Shown: positions 41,281 through 54,374 of the stretch, in pieces | How positions within the stretch are numbered: position 1 is the first letter of the stretch | How the letters are laid out: each line of letters begins with the position of its first letter | From: Octopus sinensis | Lineage: Eukaryota | Assembly: GCF_006345805.1 (NCBI RefSeq) | Contig: NW_021833694.1 | Location: 1-55,764, forward strand | DNA: 55,764 nucleotides | Direction of reading: 5' to 3' | The notes under the pieces: generated by a model | What the model was told of the DNA's origin: nothing | Databases searched by the model: none | Seen by the model: the letters and a program-made list of their open reading frames with translations, nothing else | Position numbers and translations under genes: made by a program

Positions 41281-43644
41281 TAAAGTGAATATCAAATATA
41301 TATTGCGCGTGTTTCATTGGCAACAGACGACCATCTCCAAATAGAAGAATTTCTGTTTTAACACCCAATTTCAAAAATGCATGAACGTAATAATATTAAA
41401 ATATAAGTAGAAATATTCCGCCGAGGTTGTCTTTGCCTTTTATCCTTTCGGGGTCGATGAAATGAATATCAGTTATATACTGCGGTCGATGTAATCAACT
41501 TACTCCTCCCCTGAAATTGCTGGTGTTGTAGCAAAATTTGGAATCAAATGTGTAGGAGAAATAAAACAAAACACAGCATCACTCACTAATGGATACCATG
41601 TTAATGGTTTTAACAATTATAAAGTGAACGGCTTGGAGAGTGTTTCATCTTTATGCGTGTTTCCTTGGATTGAATCTGTTAGGGGGGCATGTTTAGGCGC
41701 GGCTGTGTGGTAAGACGCTTGCTTCCAAATTTGGATTCGGGTTCAGTTTCACTGCGTGGAACTCTACATAAATGTCTTCTACTGTAGCCATTGGACTCTC
41801 AAAATCTTCATACGTGGATTTTGTAGATGGAAACGGAAAGAAGCCTATCGTGACTATTCTTTTACTTGTTTCAGTCATTTGACTGCGGCCATGTGGAGCT
41901 CCGCCTTTAGTCGAACAATCGACCCTAAGACTTAACCTTTGTAATCCTAGTACTTTTCTATATCATTTTATTTTCCAGAACCGCTATGTTACAGGGACGT
42001 AAGCACACCAACAACATCGGTTGTCAAATGATGGTGGAGGGACAAATATAGACACACAAATACACACACACACATACGACGGCTTATTTGAGTTTCCATC
42101 TATGAAATCCACTCACAAGACTATGGTCGGCCCTTGGCTATAGTAGAATACACTCAGCCAAAATGTCTCGCAACGGGACTGAACACGGAACCATGTGTTT
42201 CATACTCTACGGCCACTTCTATGTCTATATATGTCTGTCTGTATGTATCAGTGTGTGTGTCTTTGTGTCAGTGTTTGTCCCACCGCTTGATGACCTGTGT
42301 TGGTGTGTTTACGTTCTGGTAACTTAGCGGTTCACCCAATATACTCCATAAAATAAGTACAAGGCTTAAAAAATTAAGTACAGAGGTCAATTAGTTCGAC
42401 TCAAAACTTCTCAAACCAGTGCCATCTCTATATATACACATAATCCTTTCCGAGCCATGTTCGTTAAAGGAATTGTTCGTTACACGAGAAATTGAAATAC
42501 ATACGAATAGAAGAAATCCGTTCATGCCACTCCCCAAAGCCACATAAAAGTATATATTATACCTTAGCGTTGATACAAAAGAGAATCATGTAAAAGGTCG
42601 AATGTAGTGTGACTGCTCAGTTTGGTTTACCACTAAAACACCGGTTTGAACAGAAAAATGTGGTGCAGAAATTGGGTATCATGGTTTTAAGGTGTGGTTG
42701 ATCATTGAGCGGAGGGACATAAATTATAACAGATTAGGAGCAAGAAAATCATTTAGCCTTTTTCAAGAACATTCATTTTATAATTTATAATATAAGTATT
42801 TTGTTGTGTGTGTGTGTGTTGTGTGTGTGTGTGTGTGTGTGTGTGAGTTTTTGTGTCTATGTTTGTTCACACACCATCGCTTACAACCGATGTTGGTGAG
42901 TTTACGTCCATGTAGATTAGTGTTTCAGCAAGGAGACTCATAGAATAAGTACAAGTCTTATATAATAAGTTCGGTGAAAAAGCATTGCTCCAGCATGGCT
43001 GCAGTGAAATGGCTGAAACAATAAAAGAACTGTGCAGAGTGGTTACAAATATGCACAAAAAAAAGAAAATGCGGAAATGCATAATATCCTTAATCGAGGA
43101 TATTATTCGTTCCCAGTCTTTTGGGAAACCATGGAGTTCTCACATAAATGTGTCTGGTATTTTCGTGATCGAAGAGTTAGTAAAGTTTCCAGGAAAGTCC
43201 CTGGCAAAGGATAATGGAAATTAACAGTTGCATCTTTGAATAGAAAGTGAATCAGATTTGGAAGGCCTTGGAAGAGTCTATTATTGGGCGAATGAGAAAT
43301 ATATGAGAGTATATAGAGATTAGTCTATATAGTGAAGGGGTGTTTGACTTGGGGTTTAAAAGGATGAATGTATACACACACATATATACAGAGGGAGACA
43401 TACACATACACACACGCACTAACATATGCAAACACACACAGACACACACACAGACACATATGCAGTGGCATATTCCTATTGATATACACACAGTCAGATA
43501 CACACACTTACGCGGCCATACGTACACATCCATACGTATGAGTTTAGAAATGGACAGATAAAGGTCTGTTTGCACGCACAGACACACCCACATACAAATT
43601 CTCGCAGAGAAAGAGAGAGAGGAGAGTATTGTTTAGTAATTAAG

Positions 43645-44850
43645 TCGAGTAAAAGCAGATGTATAAACACCTGTCGCCTCATTGTATATTTGACTACCAA
43701 TGTGGGCCAGAGTGATTAAATCGCCAAACTGGAAATACCCAGGACCGGATAGCGTACAAGGATATTGGCTGAAAATTTCCCCAGCAGTACACAGAAGAAT
43801 AGCCAAGCAAATATATAAAATGATCAACAACGGGGTCAAAAATCCCAAAGAGGCTGACCAAAAGTCAAACATTCTTTGCCAAAATAATCCCAACAAAGCA
43901 ATGCAGTGGATAATCACCGGCTATCACCTGTCTGCCCCTCATGTGGAAGCTGATGACAGGAATAATATCTAATTAGGTGTATGATTTCTGGAAATAAATT
44001 ACAAAGCACCAGTGGAACAGAAAGGGTACAGAAAGAATAGCCAAGGGACACTTACAGACTAATATGGTTTCAGAACGGAAAATGAAAAGGGAGACAGTGT
44101 TTGTAAGCAACGCACACGATCAGGCATTCATAACTAACTACATAAAATCCAAATAGACAAAAACCAGGCAAATTCCAATGTAGAGACTTTTAACATGATT
44201 TCACACAGAAAAGGGAGTCAGCAGTGAAGGCCAGATAGCAAGAAAGTAATATCACTGAAGGCAGAGAATCATAAGTGCTTCGGAGTATTAGAATCTGAGA
44301 GTGTACTAACAATGGAAATGAAAACAAAAATAGCTAAGGAGTACATCGGAAGGTTGAAGAAGCTAATGAAGGAAAGCGAAGGGTTCTAAATCTAGTAAAG
44401 GTTGTAAAAACTTTGGGAAGTGTCGTTACTTCGGTATTCAGCAGAATTTGTTGATGGAAAAGATCTGAATTAGCAAATCTAGACAGAAGAACTAGGAAGG
44501 AATTCAATATGAATAGAGGACTTCAGCCTCGATTAGGAAGAGCAAGATTGCACTTACTTAGAATAACGAAGGTGGAAGCGGTTAATATCAGCAGAAAGTA
44601 GGGTAGAGTTAGCTAGAGTGATATATATAATAATGAATAAAATTTATGATTTGCCTCAGTTATAGTAGGAGATAGGAAGGAAAAAGCCAAATGAAATTAA
44701 AACAATAAAAAAAGTAGGAAGATAATCTAACTGACAAGAGAATGTATGGCAATGTCGATTGGCAAAGATAGTTGCAGGAAATAGTAATATTGAGACATGG
44801 TTATGGTGCTGAAAGGAAGCTGAAAAGGGAGACAGAGTTTCTAAGCAAAA
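43645..44850 (+). mobile_element. Decayed R4/Dong-type LINE fossil (copy 4, same internal deletion as copy 1)
   Basis: ORF 43700-43972 contains NWKYPGPDSVQGYWLK. The junction CACAGAAAA|GGGAGTCAGC at ~44212 is identical to the one at ~8930. Confidence 0.85.
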
Positions 44851-46336
44851 ATTAATTGTAAGGTCGGACTTATATTTCGGGAGATCTATGAAAATTAACA
44901 TCCACATCATGTGATGTATTACAATAATGATGCAGGTGTAGGTTTCAGGACTAATGATTGTCCATTACTTGAACGTTTGCGCTATCAGCCCTATCGTAAG
45001 CATTTGAGACAATGATATTCATTGTCCCACACCCTCCGTCTTAACCACGGAAAGAACACAACACACATTGCGATGTAAGTAAATCAACGGCATGATCATG
45101 GCCGAAACGCCTCTGATCATAGTCTTGTCATCATTGAACAACAAGCATTCTTTACAAATAACTGAAATATATTCTGCGAAACGAGGAAAATTGGCCGGGT
45201 TTCCATTTTAGTAACTAGAGCGATGAGGTCGTATTTTTGAGCAGATATCGCCATCCCAGTAATCGGTAAAAACTATGGCGTTTGTTTTAGAAAAGCGACA
45301 AGTAGATAAGAATATTCTGTGGGTGTTGTCAGGACATATGAAAAATAAAGTTTTGGTAATATAATAGAATTCGAGGACATGAAATCGTGATTAAGGTCGT
45401 GATTTCAGATCCTGGGATGATTGGTGTTTTTTGCGCAGAACAATTCATCTTATGTTGCACAGCGACCATTTCAACACTCGACGTGTAGGAATGGTGACTA
45501 GCTGGAAAATGGATTTATTTTCGGGATATTAAAGAATTTCAGCCAATCACATACATCAAGAAAAAATACTGCCACTCTCGTTTTAAAAATAATTAGAGAA
45601 TTATTACCACAGCGTATTTCATTCAGTATTCTTATCGGATAGCACCTGGAAGGTTGAGACAAAAAACTTAATGAGGCAATAGAATATTCCGATAAGTGGA
45701 TAAAACTTTTAATTTCTGTCAAAAATTCAAACCGAAGTCATATTTGGGGCCGGCTCTATAAAGGTAAACCAATTTTTGTTACTTTTCTTTTACGATTTAA
45801 CATTTGTATCTACACACACACGTATATATGATTTATTTTCCCCTCTCTCTATATATTTCTATAACTATGCAGCTTAATAGAATAACGTTGTTCCTGACGA
45901 TCATTTGTCGGTGAGATTTTGATTCCAAGCAACCATAACGTTGTTACATGCACGTAAGAACTATTATTTAAATATTTGTTTGTCCTGTTCATCATATATA
46001 TAGACTTATACATAAACACACATGCATAAGCGTGGCTATATGGAAAGAAACATGGGTCGCAAGCAAATAGTTCCAGGTTCAGTTCCACTGCATGGCAATT
46101 TGGGCCGTCCAAAGTCTTACGAGTGGATTTGGTAGACGGAAACCGAAAGAAGTTCGTTATATATATATATATACGTATATATATATATATATTATATATA
46201 TATATATAATATATATATAATATATATTATACATATATATATGTATATATATATATATATATATATACTATATATATATATATATATGTATAATATATGT
46301 ATATATGTATATATATATGTATATATAATAAATATG

Positions 46337-46369
<33 letters not shown>

Positions 46370-46405
46370 ATATTATATATATATATATATATTATATATA
46401 TATAT

Positions 46406-46440
<35 letters not shown>

Positions 46441-46567
46441 AAATGGATAAATGAATTATCTTGTAACGGATTATTCAAATTATAACCGATACCTGGGTAG
46501 CATAAATCACAACAGAAAAATCACGGTGGGGTATCGCAACCGTGCTTAGTGCGGATAATTGAAGTTT

Positions 46568-46862
46568 TATATATTTAGTGAGGGAAGAAATGCAGCTGGA
46601 CGAAGATTTTACAAAATTCCTTTTTATTATTTTCTACATATGTTTCAAAGGCTGCAAAGTCCCTAATTCGGATTGAATAAGGAGACCATTTTGCAGCTTT
46701 CTCTTAAGTTCCTGGATTTTCCTGAAGAGAAGCTGCAAAATGGTCTCCTTATTCAATCCGAATTAGGGACTTTGCAGCCTTTGAAACATATGTAGAAAAT
46801 AATAAAAAGGAATTTTGTAAAATCTTCGTCCAGCTCCATTTCTTCCCTCACTAAATATATAT
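46568..46862. repeat. Long near-perfect inverted repeat (~137-bp arms, ~20-bp spacer); probable inverted terminal repeat of a Penelope-like element
   Basis: 46568-46704 is the reverse complement of 46725-46862 apart from about 2 differences. It lies inside an expanded (TA)n tract and contains the hammerhead. It is absent from the paralogous sites at ~10915 and ~34455. Confidence 0.85.
46716..46800 (+). ncRNA. Type I (minimal, Penelope-type) hammerhead ribozyme
   Basis: Stem I 5' ATTTTC (46716-21); core CTGAAGA (46722-28); long stem II GAAGCTGCAAA...TTTGCAGCCTTT; GAAA (46783-86); short stem III C-ATAT-G within the palindrome ACATATGT; cleavage triplet GTA (46792-94); stem I 3' GAAAAT (46795-800), exactly complementary to ATTTTC. 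Confidence 0.8.
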
Positions 46863-47390
46863 ATATATATATATTGAAGCATATGTGTGTTTGTGTGTGT
46901 TATGTGTGAGTTCATTTGTTTGTGTATGTGTGTTTCTGTCTTTGCGACTATTTTTTTGGTACCCATTCATATCTTGACAGCAGGTTTTTTACGCTCCCCT
47001 CCTTAACATTGCGGTTCGGCAAAAGCGGCCAAAAAAAGAAGTAATTAGCTTACAAAGAATAAGCTCTGATGTCAATTTTGGGGCTTAAAGGCTTTTGATA
47101 TGATGCTCCAGCATCGGCGCAGGCAAATTACTTCAACAAGTAAAAGAATTAAAGAAAAAGAATATACATTAATATATGTGTGTGCGTGTGAGTGTGTGGG
47201 TATATATAAATGCGTATGAATATAGATATATGTATATATATATATAAATATATGTATTGATATACCTATATGTATGTGTGTGCGGGTGTGTGTATGTTTG
47301 AATGTTTCGACTCGTACACGTGTGCATGTATTCACACACACACATGTAGACACACGCTCACATAAACATTCATATATATATATATCTATA

Positions 47391-47448
<58 letters not shown>

Positions 47449-48364
47449 AACGTACACACACTCATATGCACACACACTCATACACACACATAAAATTGTG
47501 CGTATTTGTTTCTGTATTTATATCCTCATGCATCTTTATATAACCATCATTGATTATGTATGACACCGCGTAGCAATTCTTCGTCCTAAAATCCTAGATT
47601 GCCGCCTATAAAGTGGTTTCTGGGTTAGGTAGAATGCCAGTGGTTGTGTTTTGTGGGGGAGGTGGACAGTCGACTAATTGCAATTCAGCACCTCTGAGTT
47701 CGACAGGAAAGGAACTCAGAATGCGAATAGATAAATCGAGTTTTGTTATTTTTCTTTTAAGATTTATCATTTATATATACACACACACGTATATATGATT
47801 TATTTTTCCATCTCTCTCTATCTTTCTATAACTATGCAACTTAATAGAATAACGTTGTTCCTGACGGTCATTTGTCGGTGAGCATTTTGTTCCAAGCAAC
47901 CATAACGTTGTTACACGCAAGTAAGAAATATTAGTTAAACATTGGTTTGTCCTGTTCATCCTATTTATAGACTTATACATAAACACACATGCATAGGCGT
48001 GTCTATGTGGTAAGAAACTTGCTCCGCAAGCGCATACATCCAGGTTCAGTTTCACTGCATGGCAACCTGGGAAAGTGTCTTCTACTATAGCCTCGTTCCG
48101 TGCAAAGACTTGTGAGTGGGTATTCTAGACGTACCCGAAGGAAGTCCGTTGTATATATATATATAATGTGTATGTCTGTGGGGGGTGTGCGTGTGTGTGT
48201 GTATTTGTGTGTGAATGTGTGTGCGGCGTGTGTTCGGGTCTTCGGCTTAAAGGCTTTTGAGGTGGCACTCCAGCAAGGCCGCAGTCAAATGACTTAAAGA
48301 AGTAAAAGAATTAAAGAAAAGAATACACTTTTTATATTGTGTGTAGATCTCTGAATGCGTATGA

Positions 48365-48432
<68 letters not shown>

Positions 48433-48547
48433 TGTGCGCGTGTCTGTGTGTGTATGTTAAAAGCCGTACACTTGTGCATGTACTCACACACACATGTACA
48501 TAGACCCCCCACATATACATTAATATTATATAATAAGTATATCTATA

Positions 48548-48586
<39 letters not shown>

Positions 48587-48679
48587 TATATATATATATT
48601 ATATGTATATCAGTGGCGTGCGGTGACTTCCGGCGTTGGGCATGCAATTAATTTCATCCCCCCCCCCAGCAATTTTTCA

Positions 48680-48958
48680 GTAAAACATTTTCGTATTCCT
48701 ACGATTTACATATAAGAGATTCTGAATATGCAGAATAAACAGGGAATAAAAAATGGCTGTGCAGAGATGATCCTGAAATAAGTGTATTGTTTGTATTATT
48801 CTTTGCTCTTCGAAACGTCAGTACTTTCCCATCCTCATTCTCCCTTAGAAAAGTCTAAAAATCATAAGTGAAATGTAATAAAGAAAATTGGATTCTGTCA
48901 ATATTTTTGCATATTCAGAATCTCTGTTAAAGGTAGGAATTCGAAAAAAAATTTTTAC
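48680..48958. mobile_element. Possible MITE nested in the hAT subterminal region
   Basis: Imperfect ~55-bp inverted repeats: TTTTCGTATTCCTAC..AGAGATTCTGAATATGCA (48688-48732) versus TGCATATTCAGAATCTCT..GTAGGAATTCGAAAA (48908-48946). Confidence 0.5.
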
Positions 48959-49560
48959 ATAAATTCGTTTTTCAAAGGGGTGCGATTCTGCATTAGCCCC
49001 TATACCTATCGGTTGAGCTGAATGAAATGATTTAATTAAAAGAACACACATTTAGTTACATTATATGGCCATGGTTTTAGATCGTTACGCTCTCGAAGAC
49101 AAGTCAGTTCTTTATCATGCTACTTGTCAATTCCGGGAAAATTATTGACTGTTCTGAGACTTACTGAACTCCGTACATTAAAGGACTACGTCTCACGCAC
49201 AAACATTAAAATACACGCATTATATGAATACGCACACAATGAAAGACAGCGAAAATTCAACATTGTAAAAAGCCTCCCAAAACTGTTGTGGCAGAAGTCA
49301 ACATCTCTGAGATTGAAACAAGACACTTATTGAAAGTGAAACAAAACACTTATTTACCGGCCGTAAATAGACTACACCCAGCAGCACAGAAAGGGAAATC
49401 TATGTAGGTTAGGTTTCACGAAGAAATCAAAACATTTCTCCTGCGAAACAATACTGATGTAAGAAGGTCGAACCTTACGTTATAACACAACACTTAGCAA
49501 AACCTGTAATATATGCTCTTTAATATATATTTTTTTTAATGTTTTAAAATGTTACTTAGC

Positions 49561-51694
49561 TCATTTATAAATTAATTCAATTCTTCGATCTTTCTGGGCA
49601 AATATATCTATCACATTTTCATAGAAATCTTCTCTTTTCATCAATTCTTGTAATAAATCTTTTTCAATTGACATTAGTGCTAACCCAGACAGTCTTCTTT
49701 CTCCTGTCGCATTTCTTTGGTATGTTTTAATTCTACTTAATGCAGAAAAGGATCGCTCTACAGAAGCAGTGGTAGACGGAATTGTCAAAATCAACTTGCA
49801 CAGATTGAAGAGTTCTGGCATAGCTTCAACAAGATCAGTGCTGTTAATGTAACTCATTAAATGACTTACACTTGGTTTTTTAAAATCTGTCATTGAATAC
49901 ATCACATTGAGCTCACTTTGTAATCGTATTACATCAAAAAATCTGCCATAAGTTGTTCTTAAAGAATCTTAAGAGTCCACAGGAAATTGTTTGCAATACT
50001 CATCAACTTTGTTAAAATTCAAAAGTTCCATGAATTTAAACTCTTCTAAGGATGAATATCGTGCTTTTATTTGGTCAACTATTGTACTTATAATTTTGTT
50101 ATAAAGCGTTCTATAATGTCGTTGGGGATCAATAGATATATTCTTGGATCTCTGAATTCCGATTCCTGCATCGACTCCATATTTTTTCCCCTAACCTATC
50201 ATAAAAGACTGAAAAATTATCAAGTTTGTTTTCGAGTACAGTTCTAGTTTTATCTATTTGCTGTTTACAATACACTACTATTCATGACTTTTACTCTGGA
50301 GTGTTAAATAAGCGTCAGTAAAAGAAAAATGTCACTGAATACCTCTAACAAAAATAAGAAATCAGGAGCTTTTAAAGTGTGTAAGAATCCAATTGCTGAA
50401 TTTATGGTGCTATCATCCCATGCTTCAGGATTTTCAATGATGTGTTCAAAAAGGCTGATTATGAAATTATAATTTTCCTTTGTGGTAATAATAAGACGTG
50501 AGGAGTAATTCCATCTAGTTGCTGTTGCTTTCGGAAATCTTTTTTAACATATTATCTAATGCATTAGTCCTTTTCGGTGATTTCGTAAAAAATGTACCGA
50601 GTCCGTTTATTGTAGAAAAAAATATCTTGCATTCTTTCATAGCAGAGCATGATTGTGAAAGAACTAAATTTAGGATATGGGCACAACAATGAATAAAGAT
50701 CGCACATTCATATTTCTTTCTTACTTTTGCCTGTAACCCATTTAGTTGTCCTGCCATTGTAGCGGCACCATCATATATCTGTGCAATCAATTTGTTTCCA
50801 CACTCCCACGTCTCAATGCTTAAAACATGTTCAGATAAAGCATTTGCAGATCGATCTGCACTAACATCACTAAAACCGATAAATCGTTCTTTCGTCACAC
50901 AGTCTTCTGTAACATAACGTAAAACTGTTGACAGTTGTGAAGATGCTGAGACATCAGATGTCTCATCAACAAGAATAGAAACAAACTTAGCTTGGTCAAT
51001 TTCCTTCTGCATCTCATTCAACTAACTTTATGAATTGCTTCGATCAAGTCATTTTGAATTCTGTTCGACAGACCAGTGAAGATAGAAGCTGTATCTAAAT
51101 GACTTTCCATTTGTTTGTCATACTTACTGATCAAATAAACGAGTTCTTTATAATTTCCCCGATTATTAGAGCCTTCAGATTCAAAATGACCCCGAAACGA
51201 TAATTCCTGGAGGCCTAAAAAATAACAACATCGATCAATCGTTGCAGAATGGATCTGTTTCGTCGAACTTTCTCATTATGCTGTTGTATGCTTTGATTTT
51301 TACGTGCATCTAATTGTAAGTCTATGCGAACATTCCCGAATATTTTAAGGTCTATCAAACATTTTGATGCCTTTGAGAACGCTCGTGCTTTAGCATAGCC
51401 ATATGTAAATTATTTAAATCATCATAGCCTTTATCATTCCAAACATTTTTTTCTAAGCCAAAAAGTAAATACACGCCAACAGAATAATTTATTAAGAGCA
51501 ACACTTCCAGTTAACCATTTCTTCTTTTCATATGAATTAACCTGAAATTGTCTCGTGAATTTCTTGTTGTAGCTCCGCAAATTAGGTAAATTCGGTGTTG
51601 GTCTCCCGCGATTTATAATTAATTTTTTCCAATCGAAGTCCCTTTTAGAAAAACTAGTTCTGAAAATATCGTTTATAGCACACATTTCACTCAT
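49561..51694 (-). pseudogene. hAT transposase (ZMYM1-like / DUF4371 + hAT dimerisation domain), frameshifted
   Basis: Motifs seen in order: N-terminal WLTGSVALNKLFCW (TTF-type zinc-finger-like), FRGHFESEGSNNRGNYKEL (~51140-51200), SILVDETSDVS..QLSTVLRYV, YDGAATMAG, IHCCAHILNL (CxxH), ATRWNY (~50505-50525), and C-terminal PSTTASVERSFSALSRIKTYQRN..RLSGLALMSIE. The protein is split over several frames. Confidence 0.9.
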
Positions 51695-53894
51695 TTTGAA
51701 AAAGGCTGCTCTTATTTAAGGACCACGTGGAAGCGCCGGCGTAAATTTTAAGTCAATTTCAACAAAACGGAAAAATACCCTTTGTTAAATTAATTAAGAT
51801 TAATTAGCTATTTCTGAAATAAGAAATATAATGTAGATATTTGTGCTTTCAAAACTTTCTAAAAATATGATAGTGCAAACGGATGTTTTGGATAAAAAAT
51901 TTCAAACTTACATGCGAAGGCTATTCCAACATTTCAGCTGGCTAAAACAAGAATTATGGGACGGCTTTTGTTCCGGTCAAAATAGCCAGAGAGGCGTGAA
52001 ATGCGATTTTAGCACAGCATGACACGCCAAACTAAATTTGTCGAATCGCTGAGAGAGAAGGGGGTGACCATTCCTCGTAGTATATCTTTTAAACAAGGAA
52101 AGAGAAAGCAGGGACAAACTATCAAAGACAGAGAGAAGGGACTCATGCTGTCTTCCCAACGCATGATAAGCGATAAATTTATCGAGTCACTAAGATAGAG
52201 AGAGAGAGAGAGGAAGGAAGGACAAACTAATACAGACAGAGAGGGAGTGTGTATCATGCGATCTTCTAAAAGCATTTATCAAAGCAGATGTACGAAGTGG
52301 AGACAATATTTCTAAAACAACTGGACGTATTTTCTTTGAAACAAAGAAGGTATGCAGCGCATACCTTGCATTGCTGAGAGTGCACGCCCCTGATGTATAT
52401 ATAATTATATATATATATATATATATACACACAAACGTACTCACACAATCTAAACTGTTGTGTGTATACGGAATAATAATAAATTGGTATGCGGATGCTC
52501 ACGTGAACAACTTAGGGAATTAGTACCGTCTTTACCCTCTGGTACCTGCATCTGCTGTGTGAGTCCTGCGGCAAGTTACGCAGGGTAAACTGGACGCCCC
52601 TAAATATTCGAGGGTATGTTGTACTTGAGATAACCCATGTACATGATAGTTACAATATGCTAAACAAACATGGAAAGTAAACCACGTAGAATATCACTTT
52701 CATTCTTCTGCTAGTAGCAGAATAATTCAGTCCTAGATGTCATTTAATAAATCAGTCAGGGCAAACAACAACGTCGACGAAAACACCCTAAGTAAACACA
52801 AAAAAAAAAAGAAACAAAGATATGTGCCTAAAATTGGCCTCGTTCTGAGACTTTGTATCACCACATCAAACAACGCAATTTTCTGCGTCAGACATTCTAT
52901 CATTACATGATACAACGCCATATCGTTAGCTGACAAGAGACATCTCTTAGGAGTAACGCTCAGATCTTCTCGGGATCCATGAAAATTCAGTGGGTGTTGC
53001 TCCAGGAAAACGCCTAGTAAATAAGAAGGATTCTGGGATGCTGTCACCTCTATGTCATATAACATGTTTAATAATATAATTGGTGTCCAAGGCGTATAAC
53101 CACGCTGTTAACGGTACTGCATTCGCGATAGCGAGATCGCGGATTCAATTCCCGGAAAGGGAATTGTATTGCGTTCTTAAGCAAAACACCTCATCTCATA
53201 TTACTTTGCGTCGTGTAGGAATGGTGAATGTCTGGAAAATGGATTTATTTTTCGGATAGTAAACTCCAGCGAATCGCATACATCAACAAAATTATTGACA
53301 CTGCCGTTAAAAAAACACATAACGGGTTATAACAAATGTGTACTTCGGTCAGTATTCTTATCCGATACAAGCCGCAAAATGAGACAATAAACTTTCACGA
53401 GGAAATAGAATATTCAGATAAGTGGATAAACCTTTTCTAATTTGTGTAGAAAATTAATACTGAAGTCATACTTGAAACCGGCATTGTAAATGTAAATCAA
53501 TGTTTGCTACTTTCCTGTAAATATTTAAAATTGATATTTATACACACATATCTACACTGGCGAGATTAAATTTAAGACCGATGATAATAATCCTATTTCT
53601 AACAAAATATTTTGTTACTAACACCATACAAATTATTTCTAACTTTTACACTTTATGGATACTTTATTTCTCTTTGGAATGATGCAGACAATAACTATTT
53701 TTATACAACTTGAAGAATGCATGAAAGTACTAGTTCAATCAGAGTGGATATTTGATAATCTATCACTTCATTATGTTATGTTATCTTATCATATATTATT
53801 ATAGGATTGTAAATAAATCATGAAAATCAAAGTTGGAATTTCTTTCAGTAATATATTCTCCTATACACAATCATACATACCTGTGTATAAGTGC

Positions 53895-53953
<59 letters not shown>

Positions 53954-54338
53954 GTATATATATATGTATATATAAGGATATTATTGCTTACAATATTATC
54001 AAGTGGCAAGCATGCGTAAAAAAATGCCATAAGGTAGGGCATCATTAATTAATGATTAAAGTTCCTATAAGCAGCACCAGCACACTAAAAATAGCATTAC
54101 GAAGAGAGAGAGAGAGAGAGAGAGAGTAAGAGAGAAAGTCAGAAAGAGAGAAAAAGAGAGAGAAAATGAAAGTGTGGAACAGAGAGAGAGGGAAAGAAAA
54201 AAGAAAGAAAGAGAGAAAGAGAGAGAGAGACAATTCGAAAAATAATTAGACAGATAAACAAACAGAAACTTCAATACATAGATTGAAACACACACACACA
54301 CACATACTCACACACACACATACACACACACACACACA

Positions 54339-54374
<36 letters not shown>

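Larger units (their letters stand above)
48611..52392 (-). mobile_element. Full-length hAT-superfamily DNA transposon (Tip100-like)
   Basis: Imperfect 11-bp TIRs: CAGTGGCGTGC (48611) and GCACGCCCCTG (ends 52392). Perfect 8-bp TSD ATGTATAT at 48603-48610 and 52393-52400. It encodes a hAT transposase on the minus strand and is absent from the paralogous TA tracts at ~13010-13085 and ~36340-36410. Confidence 0.95.

Noticed and set aside
48800-48825. GCTCTTCGAAACGTCAG resembling the 3' half of a Penelope hammerhead
   Set aside because: There is no CTGANGA or stem II partner upstream.
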